Below are positions 1-13,140 of a stretch of DNA of 64,000 bases, piece after piece. This DNA comes from Chrysomallon squamiferum (Eukaryota > Animalia > Mollusca): contig CM022669.1 in NCBI GenBank assembly GCA_012295275.1, positions 18,972,001-19,036,000 on the forward strand. The letters run 5' to 3'. A program made the position numbers and the translations under genes. The notes under the pieces are model-generated. The model was not told the origin of the DNA. It did no database searches and was given only the letters and a program-made list of their open reading frames with translations. How positions within the stretch are numbered: position 1 is the first letter of the stretch; every line of letters starts with the position of its first letter.

Positions 1-259
1 AGTAATAAATCACGATTTTTGGAAAACAACAGCAGTTAAATTTAAAAAGTGAAAGAAATGTTTTATTTATAAACTCGATGATTTACGACTTTGTATGTGT
101 GTTTGTTTGTGTTTGTGTGATCGCTTGAGTTTGTGTATATGTGGGTGTATACTGTATGTCTGTGTAAGTATGTGTTTAGGGTGTGTACGTGTTTAGCTAT
201 GTGCGTTTGTGTTGTATTGATATGTGTAATGCATATCGTTAAGCACTACATATAATAAT

Positions 260-375
260 ATATAAAACTGTGCCAATGCCTCTTAATTTTTTATTAGCAA
301 AAAGAGACATTTTATATTAATCTTTCCATAGTCACGATGTTACTTTTTTTTAAATATTTTGCCAATATTCTCGAC
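260..375 (+). repeat. Dispersed ~115-bp repeat, copy 1 (copy 2 at 7561-7674)
   Basis: ATATAAAACTGTGCCAA..AAAAAGAGACATTTTATATTA.TCTTTCCATAGTCACG.TGTTAC..CTCGAC is shared with few substitutions. Confidence 0.85.
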
Positions 376-621
376 CAGTCTTCAAGGACTAAGTTTAACC
401 AAATAAAGACTCCGAAACCGGAATAACAGTGGCAGCCAGAATATTTGTGCTATTTATAATTATTCATCCCCAAGACCTTTGATAAGCTGTCAATTACCCA
501 ATGTTAGTGTCCTGAATGTTTAACGATGTCGTCGCTATTTTGTCGCCGGTTTGTCAGACCCGATTCCGTAAATGTTACGCTTCGGCACGATTGGTATTCT
601 GCTATCGTTATCGGCTGACCT

Positions 622-655
<34 letters not shown>

Positions 656-2858
656 TAACAGTGTATCACGTGACAGGCAGCGTGTCGTTAATATTTCTAA
701 TCAGTTTAACCTTGAACAGACGCCGGTCGAGATATTGAGACGCCCAAAGCATTCTCCGTGACAATAATTTGATGTTGGTGACAAGGCAAGAGTAGTCATA
801 TTGTTATAGAAATGTTTTCAAATGAATTTAAAATGTCAGTATTTAATGACGATGATGAGAGTTCTTTTATTTATTTTTGTTGGTTGGTTGGTTGGTTGGT
901 TGGTTGGTTGATTTATTTATTTTAAGGGTAATTATTTATTTATTGTTGGTGACTGATCCTTGTTGTTTTTAATTGTGTTTTCATCGCTGGTTCAGTTTTT
1001 GGGGAGGGAGGGGTGGTTTTTTTTATTAGTTTGTTCTTGTTGGTGTTGGGGGTATTATTTAGTTTTTTGGGGGGGTTGTTGTTTTTTTAATTATTCAGCA
1101 GCATCAATATCATCATTAGTATTATTATTATTATTATGTTATATTTATATAATTAAATTTATCAATTATTTTAAAATTATTTAAAACAAAGTTGCACGAT
1201 ATCGAGATGTGAGAAGAACAGAGATTAACCTTAATGAGCAGTGAAGAGCAGAGGTGAGCCGGAATAGAGACTGCAAGAAAATTAATGTTTGGAGACATGA
1301 TATTAATGTTATATCTTAGTAAAATTTGGAGACAGGAAATACTACCAGAAGACAATCACAAGCTCTTCCAGCTGGAACTGGAGTACGTCACGTGACCCGG
1401 GACACGGCTTCCTACTTGTCAGCTTGCGGTGAAGTGCTTTCTGGGACGTTTCGTGTGTAAAGTGTGACTGAAAGTATTAAGGTGACGGAACACCAGTTAG
1501 TAAGGGTGAGCAATACACTACCAGAAATGGAACAACTGGCGTGTCCAGTTAAGATGTGTTATAATCTCACTGCCAGATTTGGAAATGCCAGAATCGGGAA
1601 TAAACCGCATGTATATCTGAGACTAAGGTTGAGACAAACAGACATGGAGACTTCAGACAGAAATAGATTTCACTAAAACATGTTAAACAGTTGTTGATGC
1701 ACGTCACATTTAAATCAATTACTAGAGCACCACCCACACGGATAAAGTAATAAAAAAAATAATAATAATAATAAAACTACAAAAAAAAAAAAAAAAAAAA
1801 AATACATAAAATAAAATTAAAAAGTTCTGTAATTCTATTAAGATGACGTGCATTTTTATTTATTTATTTAATTTAGTTAGTTAGTTAGTTTATTATTTTA
1901 TTATGTATTATCGTACTTTAGTACAATTTCCCATTTTTCTTTGTAAGCAAAAGATCTGAGGCGTTTTTTTTTCTTATATATATAAACTTCAGCTTTAGAA
2001 AAATAAAAAGGATAGATATAATGTATTGTGGATATAAGATGGATAATAATAATAATAATATTAACAACAACAACAATAACAATAACAGTAGTAATAATAT
2101 TAATAGCAATAGTATCAATAATAATAATGCTAACTTACTTTCGTCTGCGTAGTCGATTCAGCATTTTTTGCTTCCACTGTCCTTTCTTTTAATCGTCGCA
2201 GTGTAAAGTTACCTCCCTTGGTTTTTCTTACATTCCAGCTGTCTTAATATTATGATATTAATTGTTAAAACGAATTACAATCGATCAAAATAGAAAATTA
2301 ATTGTGACACAGAAATATATATGTACCGCCATAAATTTTAACATGGTCCATTGTGACGCATTATCCTTATGACGTCATTCGGTTAGACCTCTTAGAGCTT
2401 GACCTCTAGTTATGAATAAAATTAATAATTACAGATTTAATAAAATTAAATTCATATTATTAACTATAGCTTTCTTTTCTATTTTATAAAGATCTGTTAC
2501 CTATTCATTATTTGCACTTAATTAACTGACGATGACACAACATACAAACTACTGTCATGATATGGAGGAGTTTAGAAATATATTATAAAATGTCCCCGAG
2601 TTTAAAAAATAACATTAAATATTTTATAATTTGCGTAACTCCTAATATACGCATACACACATTCACTCAAAGACATATACACACACACTCAAACACACTC
2701 AAACACATACAAACACACATTAAAATATCTGAGCGTCGTCTTTTCGTTACTCTCTCTCTCTCGGTCACTCTCTATCTTTATTTATTTATTTATTGTTATA
2801 CATAGTCGTTATGTCATCGCGTACAGGAGACAATACATAGTCACAAATGCTCTACAGG

Positions 2859-3187
2859 TACCGGACCAATTATCCGGAATCCTTGAGGCCTCAGGCATTT
2901 CGGATTTCTGGATTTTCCGGTTTTCTGGTATCAAGGCATCCAAATACGTAAATAATTAGACATAAACATTCTAAAATTAAAAACATAAAGAACTGACGAT
3001 TCACAACTGTGGCGACTCGACATGTATACAATGCGGCGAGTGAATGAACGCCACGCGGCTTGAAAGAGTAGTTCCTTTCTGGTGAGGACAGCACCCGCGC
3101 GCGTCAACTATGAAAATAGCATCGGAAAAAAAAATTCCGATTTTCTGGTCTTTCCGGATTTCAGGACTCCGGATAATTGGTCCGATA
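2859..3187. mobile_element. MITE (non-autonomous DNA transposon) with ~25-bp terminal inverted repeats
   Basis: Left TACCGGACCAATTATCCGGAATCCT is the near-perfect reverse complement of right AGGACTCCGGATAATTGGTCCGATA. Internal CGGATTT subterminal repeats and elevated GC. Confidence 0.75.
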
Positions 3188-3929
3188 TTAGATCACCAGT
3201 CACGTTTTGGCGTCACAACTACTGTCAGTAAAATAGAGCAACTTCAAATTGGACATTGCTAGGAGCAGTTATAGGCTGTGCAAAACAGTAAAATAACAAC
3301 TAGAAAGTATACAGAATGTTATTAGACCAATTATTCATATCGCCATAAGTAACTTTAAAGATACCTTACATCCAGATGCCCTTTCGGTCCTCAAACCTTT
3401 AAATATTTATAGAAACCAATAACAACCTTTCTGCACTTAAATCTATTTTTTCTATTTTTAGAAACCCATGCCCAGAAAGATGGGGAGTTTTTTCTTTTTT
3501 TTTCTTTTTTTTTCCCCCCCCCGAAATAATACAGTGTCATTATCAAAAACAAACAAAATATTATTCGGACAAATTCTCGATTGCTTTCAGGAAGATGACA
3601 TTATGAAAGATGTTCGGCTAATCGTCGACAATTTTGTAAGATTCAGCTCGCTTCAGGATATTACTTTTATATTTCTCCGACCCTGTGGATGAAAGCAAAG
3701 ACAAATAAAGAGCAATTAGGCTGCCAGTTTATAATCGCTTCCTGGTGTGATTTGTAGACAAAAGATTCTGATAAGGTCAACACCCAATGGGATCACCGAT
3801 AAGTGGGTTACAAATAAAACGTTCGGTAAACATAATCTCCCAGTTTTAATCTTATTTAGAATGTCGAATGAATGATGAAAACGGTGCGTGTAATATAATT
3901 TTGTGTTTAATAATTGAATAATAATAATA

Positions 3930-3963
<34 letters not shown>

Positions 3964-4736
3964 GAAATAACTGTTTCAGTCCTTTTGCTCTCTTTGTTTT
4001 AAAATATAAAAGTTTATAGTGATACGATAAAGATGTTGTGATTAGGATTAACCTAAATACATTATTAATATTCTGCAAGTGATTTTACGAAAATATCTGT
4101 GAGACAAAATATTCCGCTGTTCATGGATATTTCTGCTTTTCTTTTTATGCTGTTTGTTTTTAAAAGGCAGAAATAAGAAAGAAAGAAAGAATGAATGAAT
4201 GAATGAATGAATGAACGAACGAAAGAATGTAGCAATGAAAATGTGATAAATAAAAAATACATCATGTTTTACTAATTTTTGCTCTGTTATAATCTCTTAA
4301 AAATAAAAAATGAATAAAGGTAAAAATTAAATGCACGGTTTTTCATGTACTTAAGTAAGTGGGCGATATACAAAACATCGGAGGGGTGATGTATGACATC
4401 ATCATATAAACAAAGTCAGAAAACAGAAAAACAAACACATTTTTTTAAAGAAATGAAAGAACAAAAAGAAGAAACTACGCAAAAACAAAATAAAACAAAT
4501 CACAGGACAGAAATAAACACAATCAGACGGAGATTAAATATTTTAATTCTTTGTTTTTATCAAAATCTCTTTATAGTTCCACTAAACCTTGTGCACGAGA
4601 TGGTAGAGATAAAAATCTCATACGATTTAATTATTATTTCGTCAAACATACAACAGTGCATCTTAGACGTTGGCATAATAACAAATATGGTTTTCACAGC
4701 ATGTAATGTTAATCTCCATTTTTTTTAAATTTTCAG

Positions 4737-4825
4737 GGAATCAGCCAAAAACGTGGACATGAAAATCCAGAAATGTTTATTTCTCTTTGCTGTTTCCAAT
4801 TCATGCATGGACCCCATTGTCTATG
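4737..4825 (+). CDS. GnRH/AKH/corazonin-family rhodopsin-like GPCR, ECL3-TM7 exon (upstream exons not found in window)
   Basis: tttcAG|...|GTgag, 89 nt. Translates [30 protein letters not shown]. The TM7 D/NPxxYG motif and LFLFAxxNSCM resemble invertebrate AKH/GnRH-type receptors. Confidence 0.9.
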
Positions 4826-4839
4826 GTGAGAATAAATTA

Positions 4840-4878
<39 letters not shown>

Positions 4879-4969
4879 TGATATTTACTTCGTGTTTTCA
4901 TATAATTCATTTGAAAAAAATAGATTATTGTTTCTTTTCTTTTTTTTTTCGTTTATTTTTATTTATTTA

Positions 4970-5042
<73 letters not shown>

Positions 5043-5055
5043 TTAATTATTCTAT

Positions 5056-5086
<31 letters not shown>

Positions 5087-5240
5087 TTATTGTTTGTTTT
5101 GCTTTTTTTTAAAACTAGGTTTCGTAGGTATGAAGATGTCAGAGAGAATTATTTTGCGAGTGTGATTTTTTATTAATGTTGTTGGGTTTTTCGAGCATAA
5201 CTTACGTGTGCTAATTCTGTTTCTTATTTTCAACTTCTGC

Positions 5241-5305
<65 letters not shown>

Positions 5306-5724
5306 TCATTCTGGTTGTCTATCTATTCATCTATCTGTTTATCTGTCTATCCATCTATCTATCCGTCCGTTAATAATTTGTCTTTGTTGTGGGGGTTTAT
5401 TTTAAACAGTATTTCAAATATCTTTTTTTTTTTTTTTTTTTATTCATTTAGACGTTTCAGCACATCAGACCCCAGTCCATTTAGTAGTGTTATTAACATA
5501 CATATATATATATATATAACTCTAATAGACAAACAAGAGAAGAAAAAAGCCGAGTAATGAACAGAATCTAGTTTTATATTTCGAGCACGTTATTGTAATG
5601 ATGTTGAATCGTATCAGGTTAAGCGTGAAAAATGAACAGCTGAAAACGATCGGCTAAGACTAAAGCAAAAGCGAACACCTCTGTCTTCTTTTTATTTGTA
5701 TCTGTCTGTCTATGTATCTCTCTA

Positions 5725-5768
<44 letters not shown>

Positions 5769-5855
5769 TTCTCTTATTCTATCTCTCTAACACATCCGTA
5801 ACACATACAAACACAGACATACATACATATAAAATACATACATACATATAAACAT

Positions 5856-5899
<44 letters not shown>

Positions 5900-5988
5900 T
5901 ATACACCCAAACACATCCACACACACACACACACACACACACATAGACACATACATATATCTATATATATATATATATGCATATACAC

Positions 5989-6023
<35 letters not shown>

Positions 6024-6558
6024 AAAAAAAAAATATATATATATATAAAACAAGAAAAAAAAACCCAAAACATACAAAAAAGCCAAAACAACGAAAAGAA
6101 AAAAAAAATGGCCTTGAAAGAGAACATGGTTGAATGGTATTAGCTAAAAGCTTCATCAAGTTGAGATGTTTTTCGAGAATCATGCTTTTAGCGTAATAAC
6201 CCACACTTGGCCTAGATATCACCAATGCAGGAAATTGTATCTCCTTTCTACCTAGCTCTGGAAAACAACATCGTAATCATTATTTACGTCTTTTACTTCT
6301 TTTTTTTTTTTTTTCTTAATAAAAAATTGAGATTATGAATTTATTTTACGTTATATGAAATATCACATAAGCCATCTTGGTTTTCGTCATTTGTAACACA
6401 AAAACAGTTTATTGCTTTTTTGAAAATGTGTTGTTGTTACCATCAGCATTATCGTCGTCGTCGTCGTCATTATCATCATCATTAGTACTTTTTATTATTA
6501 TTATTATCATCATCATCACCATTATTTATTATTATTATTGATATTATTGTTGTTATTA

Positions 6559-6593
<35 letters not shown>

Positions 6594-6828
6594 TTGAATT
6601 AAGTACGAGCAGAGTGGGAGTTAGTTGAAATGAAACTATGAAAGACCCTTTCAGACTGTAAGCACACAGAAAGTAGCGGTTCAGCTTAAAGGTATTTCTG
6701 GGTCAGACTACGAGTATTGCATCGGAGGGACAACATTTTGTTTATAGTCGTTTTATAACACGATCAAAACTGCATAATAAACCAACAAAATGAAGCATCA
6801 GTTATATTACACACACAGAAAAAAAAAA

Positions 6829-6837
<9 letters not shown>

Positions 6838-6912
<75 letters not shown>
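6838..6912 (+). repeat. (GA)n microsatellite
   Basis: Pure GA run; another at ~11418-11473. Confidence 0.95.
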
Positions 6913-6915
<3 letters not shown>

Positions 6916-7446
6916 ACATGTATGACAAAGGATATTAAATAATGTATGATAAAAGGGAGAGCCAAATTCATTTATCAGTTGTGGTTACAGCTTAATTCCC
7001 AGAACAAGATAAAAAAAATATTTATTAATAAAGAGACGATACTTCGTTCTCTATTCTTTTATCTTCTTTTTTTTAATTATTTGTTTTTATTTTAATTCTT
7101 AAAAGAATGCATTAATCCTTCGTAATGGTCAAGAATCTTCATCATGTCTATTACAATTGTTAGTTTAGCTTGCTGTTAAAACCGTCTCATTTACAAGTCA
7201 GCACTTTCCAGCACTTTGTTTATCTTGAATACACATTCGGGTGATAGAAGCACGAATCAAAATGATTGAAACGTTTATAAATGGGTAGAAAATAGACAAA
7301 GAAATCTAGACTCTCTTGTGCAGAGATCTCTTCTTTTCTCTCTTTTTTTTCTCAGTAATAATAATAATAATAACAATTACTTGTCATTTTGAACCGAAAC
7401 TGAAATTTCACGAACATTTATATTCATTAACCAAACGTTTAGACCA

Positions 7447-7484
<38 letters not shown>

Positions 7485-7518
7485 TATAATAATAATAGTA
7501 GTAGTAGTAGTAGTAGTA

Positions 7519-7560
<42 letters not shown>

Positions 7561-7563
<3 letters not shown>

Positions 7564-7674
7564 TAAAACTGTGCCAAAGCTTCTTAATTTTTTATTACCA
7601 AAAAGAGACATTTTATATTAGTCTTTCCATAGTCACGTTGTTACTTTTTTTTATATTTTACCAATAATCTCGAC
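7561..7674 (+). repeat. Dispersed ~115-bp repeat, copy 2
   Basis: Direct copy of 260-375, adjacent to a (TAA/TAG)n tract. Confidence 0.85.
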
Positions 7675-7773
7675 ATTCGAAACCCGTATAAAAATAAATA
7701 TAGGTCATTTTTGTATTTACAAATTTCAATTTAAGACGTGAAGTTCGCGATTTAAGAAAAATAAAATAAAATA

Positions 7774-7809
<36 letters not shown>

Positions 7810-7908
7810 TAAAAAAAAAAAAAAAAATAAATACAAAAAACAACTTAATCTCCAGGGGGTCGGAAATATTTTTTAAATAACTAAAGCTAGGGATTTATTT
7901 TATTGCAG

Positions 7909-8033
7909 GCATGTTCACGACTGCTTTTCGAAGGGAAACCCGATGGCTGAGGAATTGGTTGAAGAATACTCTTAGCAAACCATGCTTTCCCTCCAAACAG
8001 TCAGATTCACCCCATAGTCTACAGCTTATGTAG
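7909..8033 (+). CDS. GPCR alternative terminal exon A (short C-tail)
   Basis: ttttattgcAG|GC ATG TTC ACG, phase-compatible with the TM7 exon. Encodes G-MFTTAFRRETRWLRNWLKNTLSKPCFPSKQSDSPHSLQLM*, with helix-8 pattern FxRE. AATAAA at ~8214-8219. Confidence 0.75.
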
Positions 8034-8346
8034 AAAAAAACAAAAAAACAAAAACAAAAACAAAAATGGCAGTGTGTTATTTCGCGTAAAACTTTATACC
8101 TCGGTTCTACGGCAAAAGATTATGTTGCACGTGTAGGCACGTATCTCGCAGACAGACTGAAAATTTATAACTCAGGGGTTCCTTAATTTCATTTATTTTT
8201 CTATTGTTTATGAAATAAAATTATTCTTGTGTGTATAAAAATATAGTGCCTGGATTGTGCGAATGGTTATTTTTTATTTTTTTTTTTTTATGTTATTAAC
8301 TTCTTTTTTTTTTTTTTCCTACAATTTGTATTCGTCTTGTTTCCAG

Positions 8347-8675
8347 GCATGTTTACAATCAATTTTAAGAGAGAGTTTCAAAGATGCTGCTGCTGTCTAA
8401 GAAACCGATGGATCAGACGAAAACTCGAAAAAATAAACGGAACTGTCACCACCAACACCTTACATCCGCCGAACGGGTTTTCCAGTCGTCTGTCTCAGAG
8501 TTCAATGACCTCGCGGATGACAGAGAGAATACAGTTCAAGACGTCTGACAACGCCAGCGGGCGATTCATTCAGAGTACGGTTGTGACGCCGACGTGTTCA
8601 AGGATGTCGCTTGTCCCCCTGTCTCGGGAAAACAGCATTTCTAGAGCAAACATCAACAATTTCGTCGGTTTGTGA
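8347..8675 (+). CDS. GPCR alternative terminal exon B (long C-tail)
   Basis: ttgtttccAG|GC ATG TTT ACA. Encodes G-MFTINFKREFQRCCCCLRNRW...NNFVGL*: helix 8, Cys cluster and Ser/Thr-rich tail (ORF 8337..8675). Confidence 0.85.
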
Positions 8676-9368
8676 ATTGCGTATGAATACAATATGGCGG
8701 AAAGAAAGAAAAACGACACGATGACGTTACCAAAAGAAATGGCACGTTCATTACTAACATTGATGATGTCTTGGGCAGAAAACCCAGTCTGCTGCATCGT
8801 GTTCCCACAAAAGACATCCTTTTTATTTTATTTTAAAAGGATGTAAACACGTTTAAAAAGATTTAGTGACTGAAAATGGTTTCCTGTTTATTCTGCTAGA
8901 AATATTAACCAGTGAAATCATAAAATTAATATCAGCCGAAAGACTAACAAATTAAAGTTTTGTTCCTAAAAAAAAAAAAAAAAAAAAAAATGAAAAAAAA
9001 AATAATAAAATAAAATAAAATAAAAGAATAAAAATAATATATATATAAATCCATGAAAATAACAAGAAAAAGGATTATATTGTTTAGCGTTGACAAACAG
9101 GCCGACAGACCTTTGCATGTAATTAAAAAGAAAATATAACCATATAAAAATAACAAGCAGCTTTTTAAGACTTTTTTCCTCATCTCTTTGTATAAAACCT
9201 TTAATGTGCTTTAAAGAAAGAAAGAAAAACAAAAGGTAAGGAGAGAAAAGGAAAAAATTTCAGTGTCTTGTTGTTATCATCTTGCTGATTGTTCTATTAA
9301 AATATTTTGTTGTGTTCGCTTAGTTGTTATTAATGTCACACACAAATATATATATATATATATATATG

Positions 9369-9585
9369 TGTGAAGTTCGTTGATTTTATTTGTAAAGTGT
9401 TTCTTTTAATCGCCGTTGTAAAGAATTAAATATGAAGCAAACAAGGTCATTACCAATTAAACATTTCACAGTTTGGTTAATGAGAGAACCATGTAGAACC
9501 ATTGTTCAGAACACAATTAAACAAAAAAAAATCCTAAATGACCGAACAATAAAAAATATTAAACAACAACAACAACAACAACAAC

Positions 9586-9622
<37 letters not shown>

Positions 9623-10261
9623 GTAATATTTAAAAGAAAAATCTAAGAAAAAGAATATAAATATCAATATTTAAAATTGCGACATTATATCCAAACGTAT
9701 AGATGTACAGATGAAGCACTGAAGAAAAAGAGACGGAGAAAGGGATTGTCTGATAGATGGATATACATAAAAAGGGTATCGACAGGGTCGAATAAAGACA
9801 AAGATGGTGACATAGATTGATAGATAAATGAAGTCGAACCGAAACAGCAAGAGAAAGTCAAGAAGAAAAAAAAGAAAGACAAATTTTAAAACCGATACAT
9901 TTAACAAAGGTTTCTATAACTTCTTCTCTGTTTCAGTTGATAGTAACAACTGCAATCTAAACACGACACTTGTAAGTGATTGATAGTCATTCACTGAAGT
10001 AAATTAAACACGATCAATTTGATACGCTACTTTTCAGGGGCGAAAATTAATTTCTTTTTTTAACTTTTATTTTCTTTCTTTTCTTTAAAAAAATAAAAAT
10101 AATAATAATAATAAAAAAAATCATTCTGAAAGCACGATAAACAGTCGAAGTAAAAATAGAAAATAAATACGATATTGATTTTGTAGTTTTGTACGTTCTT
10201 GTGAAGTTCGTTGATTTTATTTGTAAAGTGTTTCTTTTAATCGCCGTTGTAAAGAATTAAA
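9369..10261 (+). repeat. Exact 62-bp direct repeat pair (9369-9430 and 10200-10261)
   Basis: TGTGAAGTTCGTTGATTTTATTTGTAAAGTGTTTCTTTTAATCGCCGTTGTAAAGAATTAAA occurs twice identically. Confidence 0.9.
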
Positions 10262-10306
10262 GATCTTGGGGGAAATTACAACACCTAAATATCTTAATCT
10301 TGCAGC

Positions 10307-10347
<41 letters not shown>

Positions 10348-10493
10348 GAATGACGTGATCCAGAAATTTGCATCGCGTATCATAATAATAAGAACAACAA
10401 AAGCAGCAACACAGTACCTGAATAAATCGATACATGAAGGGTGTATTTAACACCATTCTAAACGAAATTACGTAAAAATAATAATATTAAAAA

Positions 10494-10526
<33 letters not shown>

Positions 10527-10876
10527 CATCTGAAAAGCCTTCTATGTTATTAGGAAAGACGATATGTCGAACAGACAGCAGCAACTACAACAACAACAAA
10601 AACAATAATTTGGACGTACTCTCTTTTCATTATTTGTTAGCATGCCACAAACCACGTGATTATTTAGTAATTACGATCGATCGTTACTATGTCTGTTTGT
10701 TGAAATTTTGTTACGGAAGATATGTGTCAGCAAAGATGGGAAACCCAAGTAAACAAAAGGTTTGTTTCAGAAAATAATTACTTTCGATAACAATCTTTGT
10801 TACTTTGATTTATTTACCTTGATTAATACTTTTTTGAGAAATACAGTTAATATTCGATGTATGTATGTGTGTCTGT

Positions 10877-10908
<32 letters not shown>

Positions 10909-10965
10909 ACTGTTTCTGTTTACCTGTGGTTTTCTTCTTCTTTTACTTCTTTATCTTCTTCGTCC

Positions 10966-11013
<48 letters not shown>

Positions 11014-11412
11014 AGATTTGCTTCGATTTAATACATAATTTTATTTTTTATTTTTTATTTTTTTATTAATCCAATATTCTAAATGCTAAAGTCATCGATA
11101 CATTATTATACTACTAGTTCAAATATCATTTCTCAGAAAGGTGTGAAAATGAGAATAGCTGGAGATAGAATTGGGTTACATTTATTACTCATCAAGGATT
11201 CCTCCTGGCTTAAAAGATTTTGTATCTGCGAAATACACATTTAGGTCACAAAGCATCCGCAGGATAAGATTAAATTCCATCATCAGATATCTGTTAGAGT
11301 GTTTGAACATCGATTCCTGTACGTCATGTGCTAAGTTAATGAAAACAATATTAAAAAGCGACATAAAGTTAGACGAAGAAGAAGAAGAATGAGAAGCAAA
11401 TAGAGGGTTACG

Positions 11413-11477
<65 letters not shown>

Positions 11478-11684
11478 AACTATAGGCATTTTGTTCGAAA
11501 CGTAAAATATAGTCACAAATCAGCACAATTTTATTTCTAGTCAAGTTTTTAGATACGTCAATAGAACAGTGAAATCGAAAATCATCCCACGAAAGTATGA
11601 ATACCCAGCCTGTATAGAATTTTTTGGCAGTGTTACGTCAGCTGCAAATAATTGGCTCGCAGTGAATAATTGGCAAGTTATTGT

Positions 11685-11734
<50 letters not shown>

Positions 11735-12029
11735 CCAGCGATTTTTTGTTTTCACCTTTAAAATATATTACCAACGTTACTTTTCGATTTTTAATTCTGT
11801 CTGTATTACATGTTATATGTCGTTCTGTGCTTTTTTTTTTATTCTTTTGTTTTATTAAATTTTCTTCTAAGTTTCTGGTTCAAAATAGAAAATATCTTAA
11901 GAAGTTCAGCGATACATTTAATCTTACAGAAATAGTCTTAAAAAATAATAAATAAATAAATAAATAAATCATAACGATAAAAACGAGGAATGTTATTAAT
12001 AACGACAGTAATAAGAAGAAGGAGAAAAA

Positions 12030-13140
12030 AAAAAATCTACCAACCTCTTGAAGTATGTTCACGACTACGGAAGCTTCATCTAAACCTGCTTTGGCTCACA
12101 ACACAGTGATGAAAGGAAAAAGAGCTCAATCAATCATTTTGAACAAGTTACATCTAATCAAGTACTGCTACGCTACCACACAATTCAGAAGCATGAATTG
12201 TCTATTCAAGAGTTTTATTGTTAAAAGAATTGGAGGGAAGAGAGAGAATAATTATCTTTCATTTGTAGTACTGTATCTCTCTTTTGCTTATTACTCTAAA
12301 AGTGCCCCTGCTGTTTATGAAGAAACAGTTTAAACAGCATATGCATACTTCCATGCTGATATATTATTTTTGTTGCCTGTTCTTGTCTAATAATAAAGTT
12401 TATTAATAAAGGTTGATGGTCACAAAACATCCAAATGCAGTTATTGTTCAGGCAGCCAAATATATAAATAAATAAATAAATAAAAGTCAGGCAAATTTTA
12501 GTACCAATGGGCAATTATTTCGCTCATATTTTCCCGATTTATAAAAAAGACATTTTAGAAAGGAAACTTTCCCCACGCACACACCAGTCAGTAGAATGAC
12601 CACACTGTGGAATGTATGAGTCGTTAAGAATTGTCATTTATCTGTTAATAATAAAATCAAACTCAGAACAAGAAGATTTGACTTTAGTTCGTAATATCAG
12701 TATTTACAAGCTGAAATACAAAATACATAAAATTATATACATACATGTTTCAATAAAGATAAATCAAACTATCTGTCAGGTTAAGATCAGTCTGCTCTCT
12801 CAGATGCATTGAATTTAAAATTCAAAAAATCTCTTCTTCTTTTAAATGATCATAATGCAGATTAAGCTAGTGACTACTGTAATTAAAAAGTAAATAAATA
12901 AATAAATTCTTAAAATCTGCCAACCTCTTGAAATATGTTTTGAAATACAGAAGTTTCAGCTATGTATGTTTATGTGAATAACACAGAATAATCTAAAAAA
13001 ACAAACAAACAAAAAAAACTCGAAAGGAACATTAGATCTAAATATAGCTAGATTGGCAACACAGTTTGACAGCACAAACTGTCTACTTAAGAATGTTGTT
13101 ATTTAAGAAATAAACAGAAAAGATAATCATGTTTCACAGT
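12030..13140 (+). repeat. Diverged local duplication (~12030-12260 vs ~12910-13140)
   Basis: AAAATCT(A/G)CCAACCTCTTGAA(G/A)TATGTT, AACACAG, TGTCTA.T.AAGA and ATAAT.AT.TTTCA blocks recur colinearly. Confidence 0.6.

Noticed and set aside
1200-1680. GC-richer block as a possible upstream GPCR exon or transposon ORF
   Set aside because: No transmembrane-like or recognisable transposase/RT sequence in the frames examined; probably an unclassified repeat.
4787-6225. Many 60-130 aa ORFs rich in poly-Y/I/L/F or CV/HT repeats, here and throughout the window
   Set aside because: They are translations of (ATT)n, (TG)n, (GA)n and poly-T tracts, not genes.
12055-12333. ORF starting MFTTT as a possible third GPCR terminal exon
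   Set aside because: The nearest AG gives the wrong phase, there is no pyrimidine tract, and the FxRE helix-8 motif is absent.
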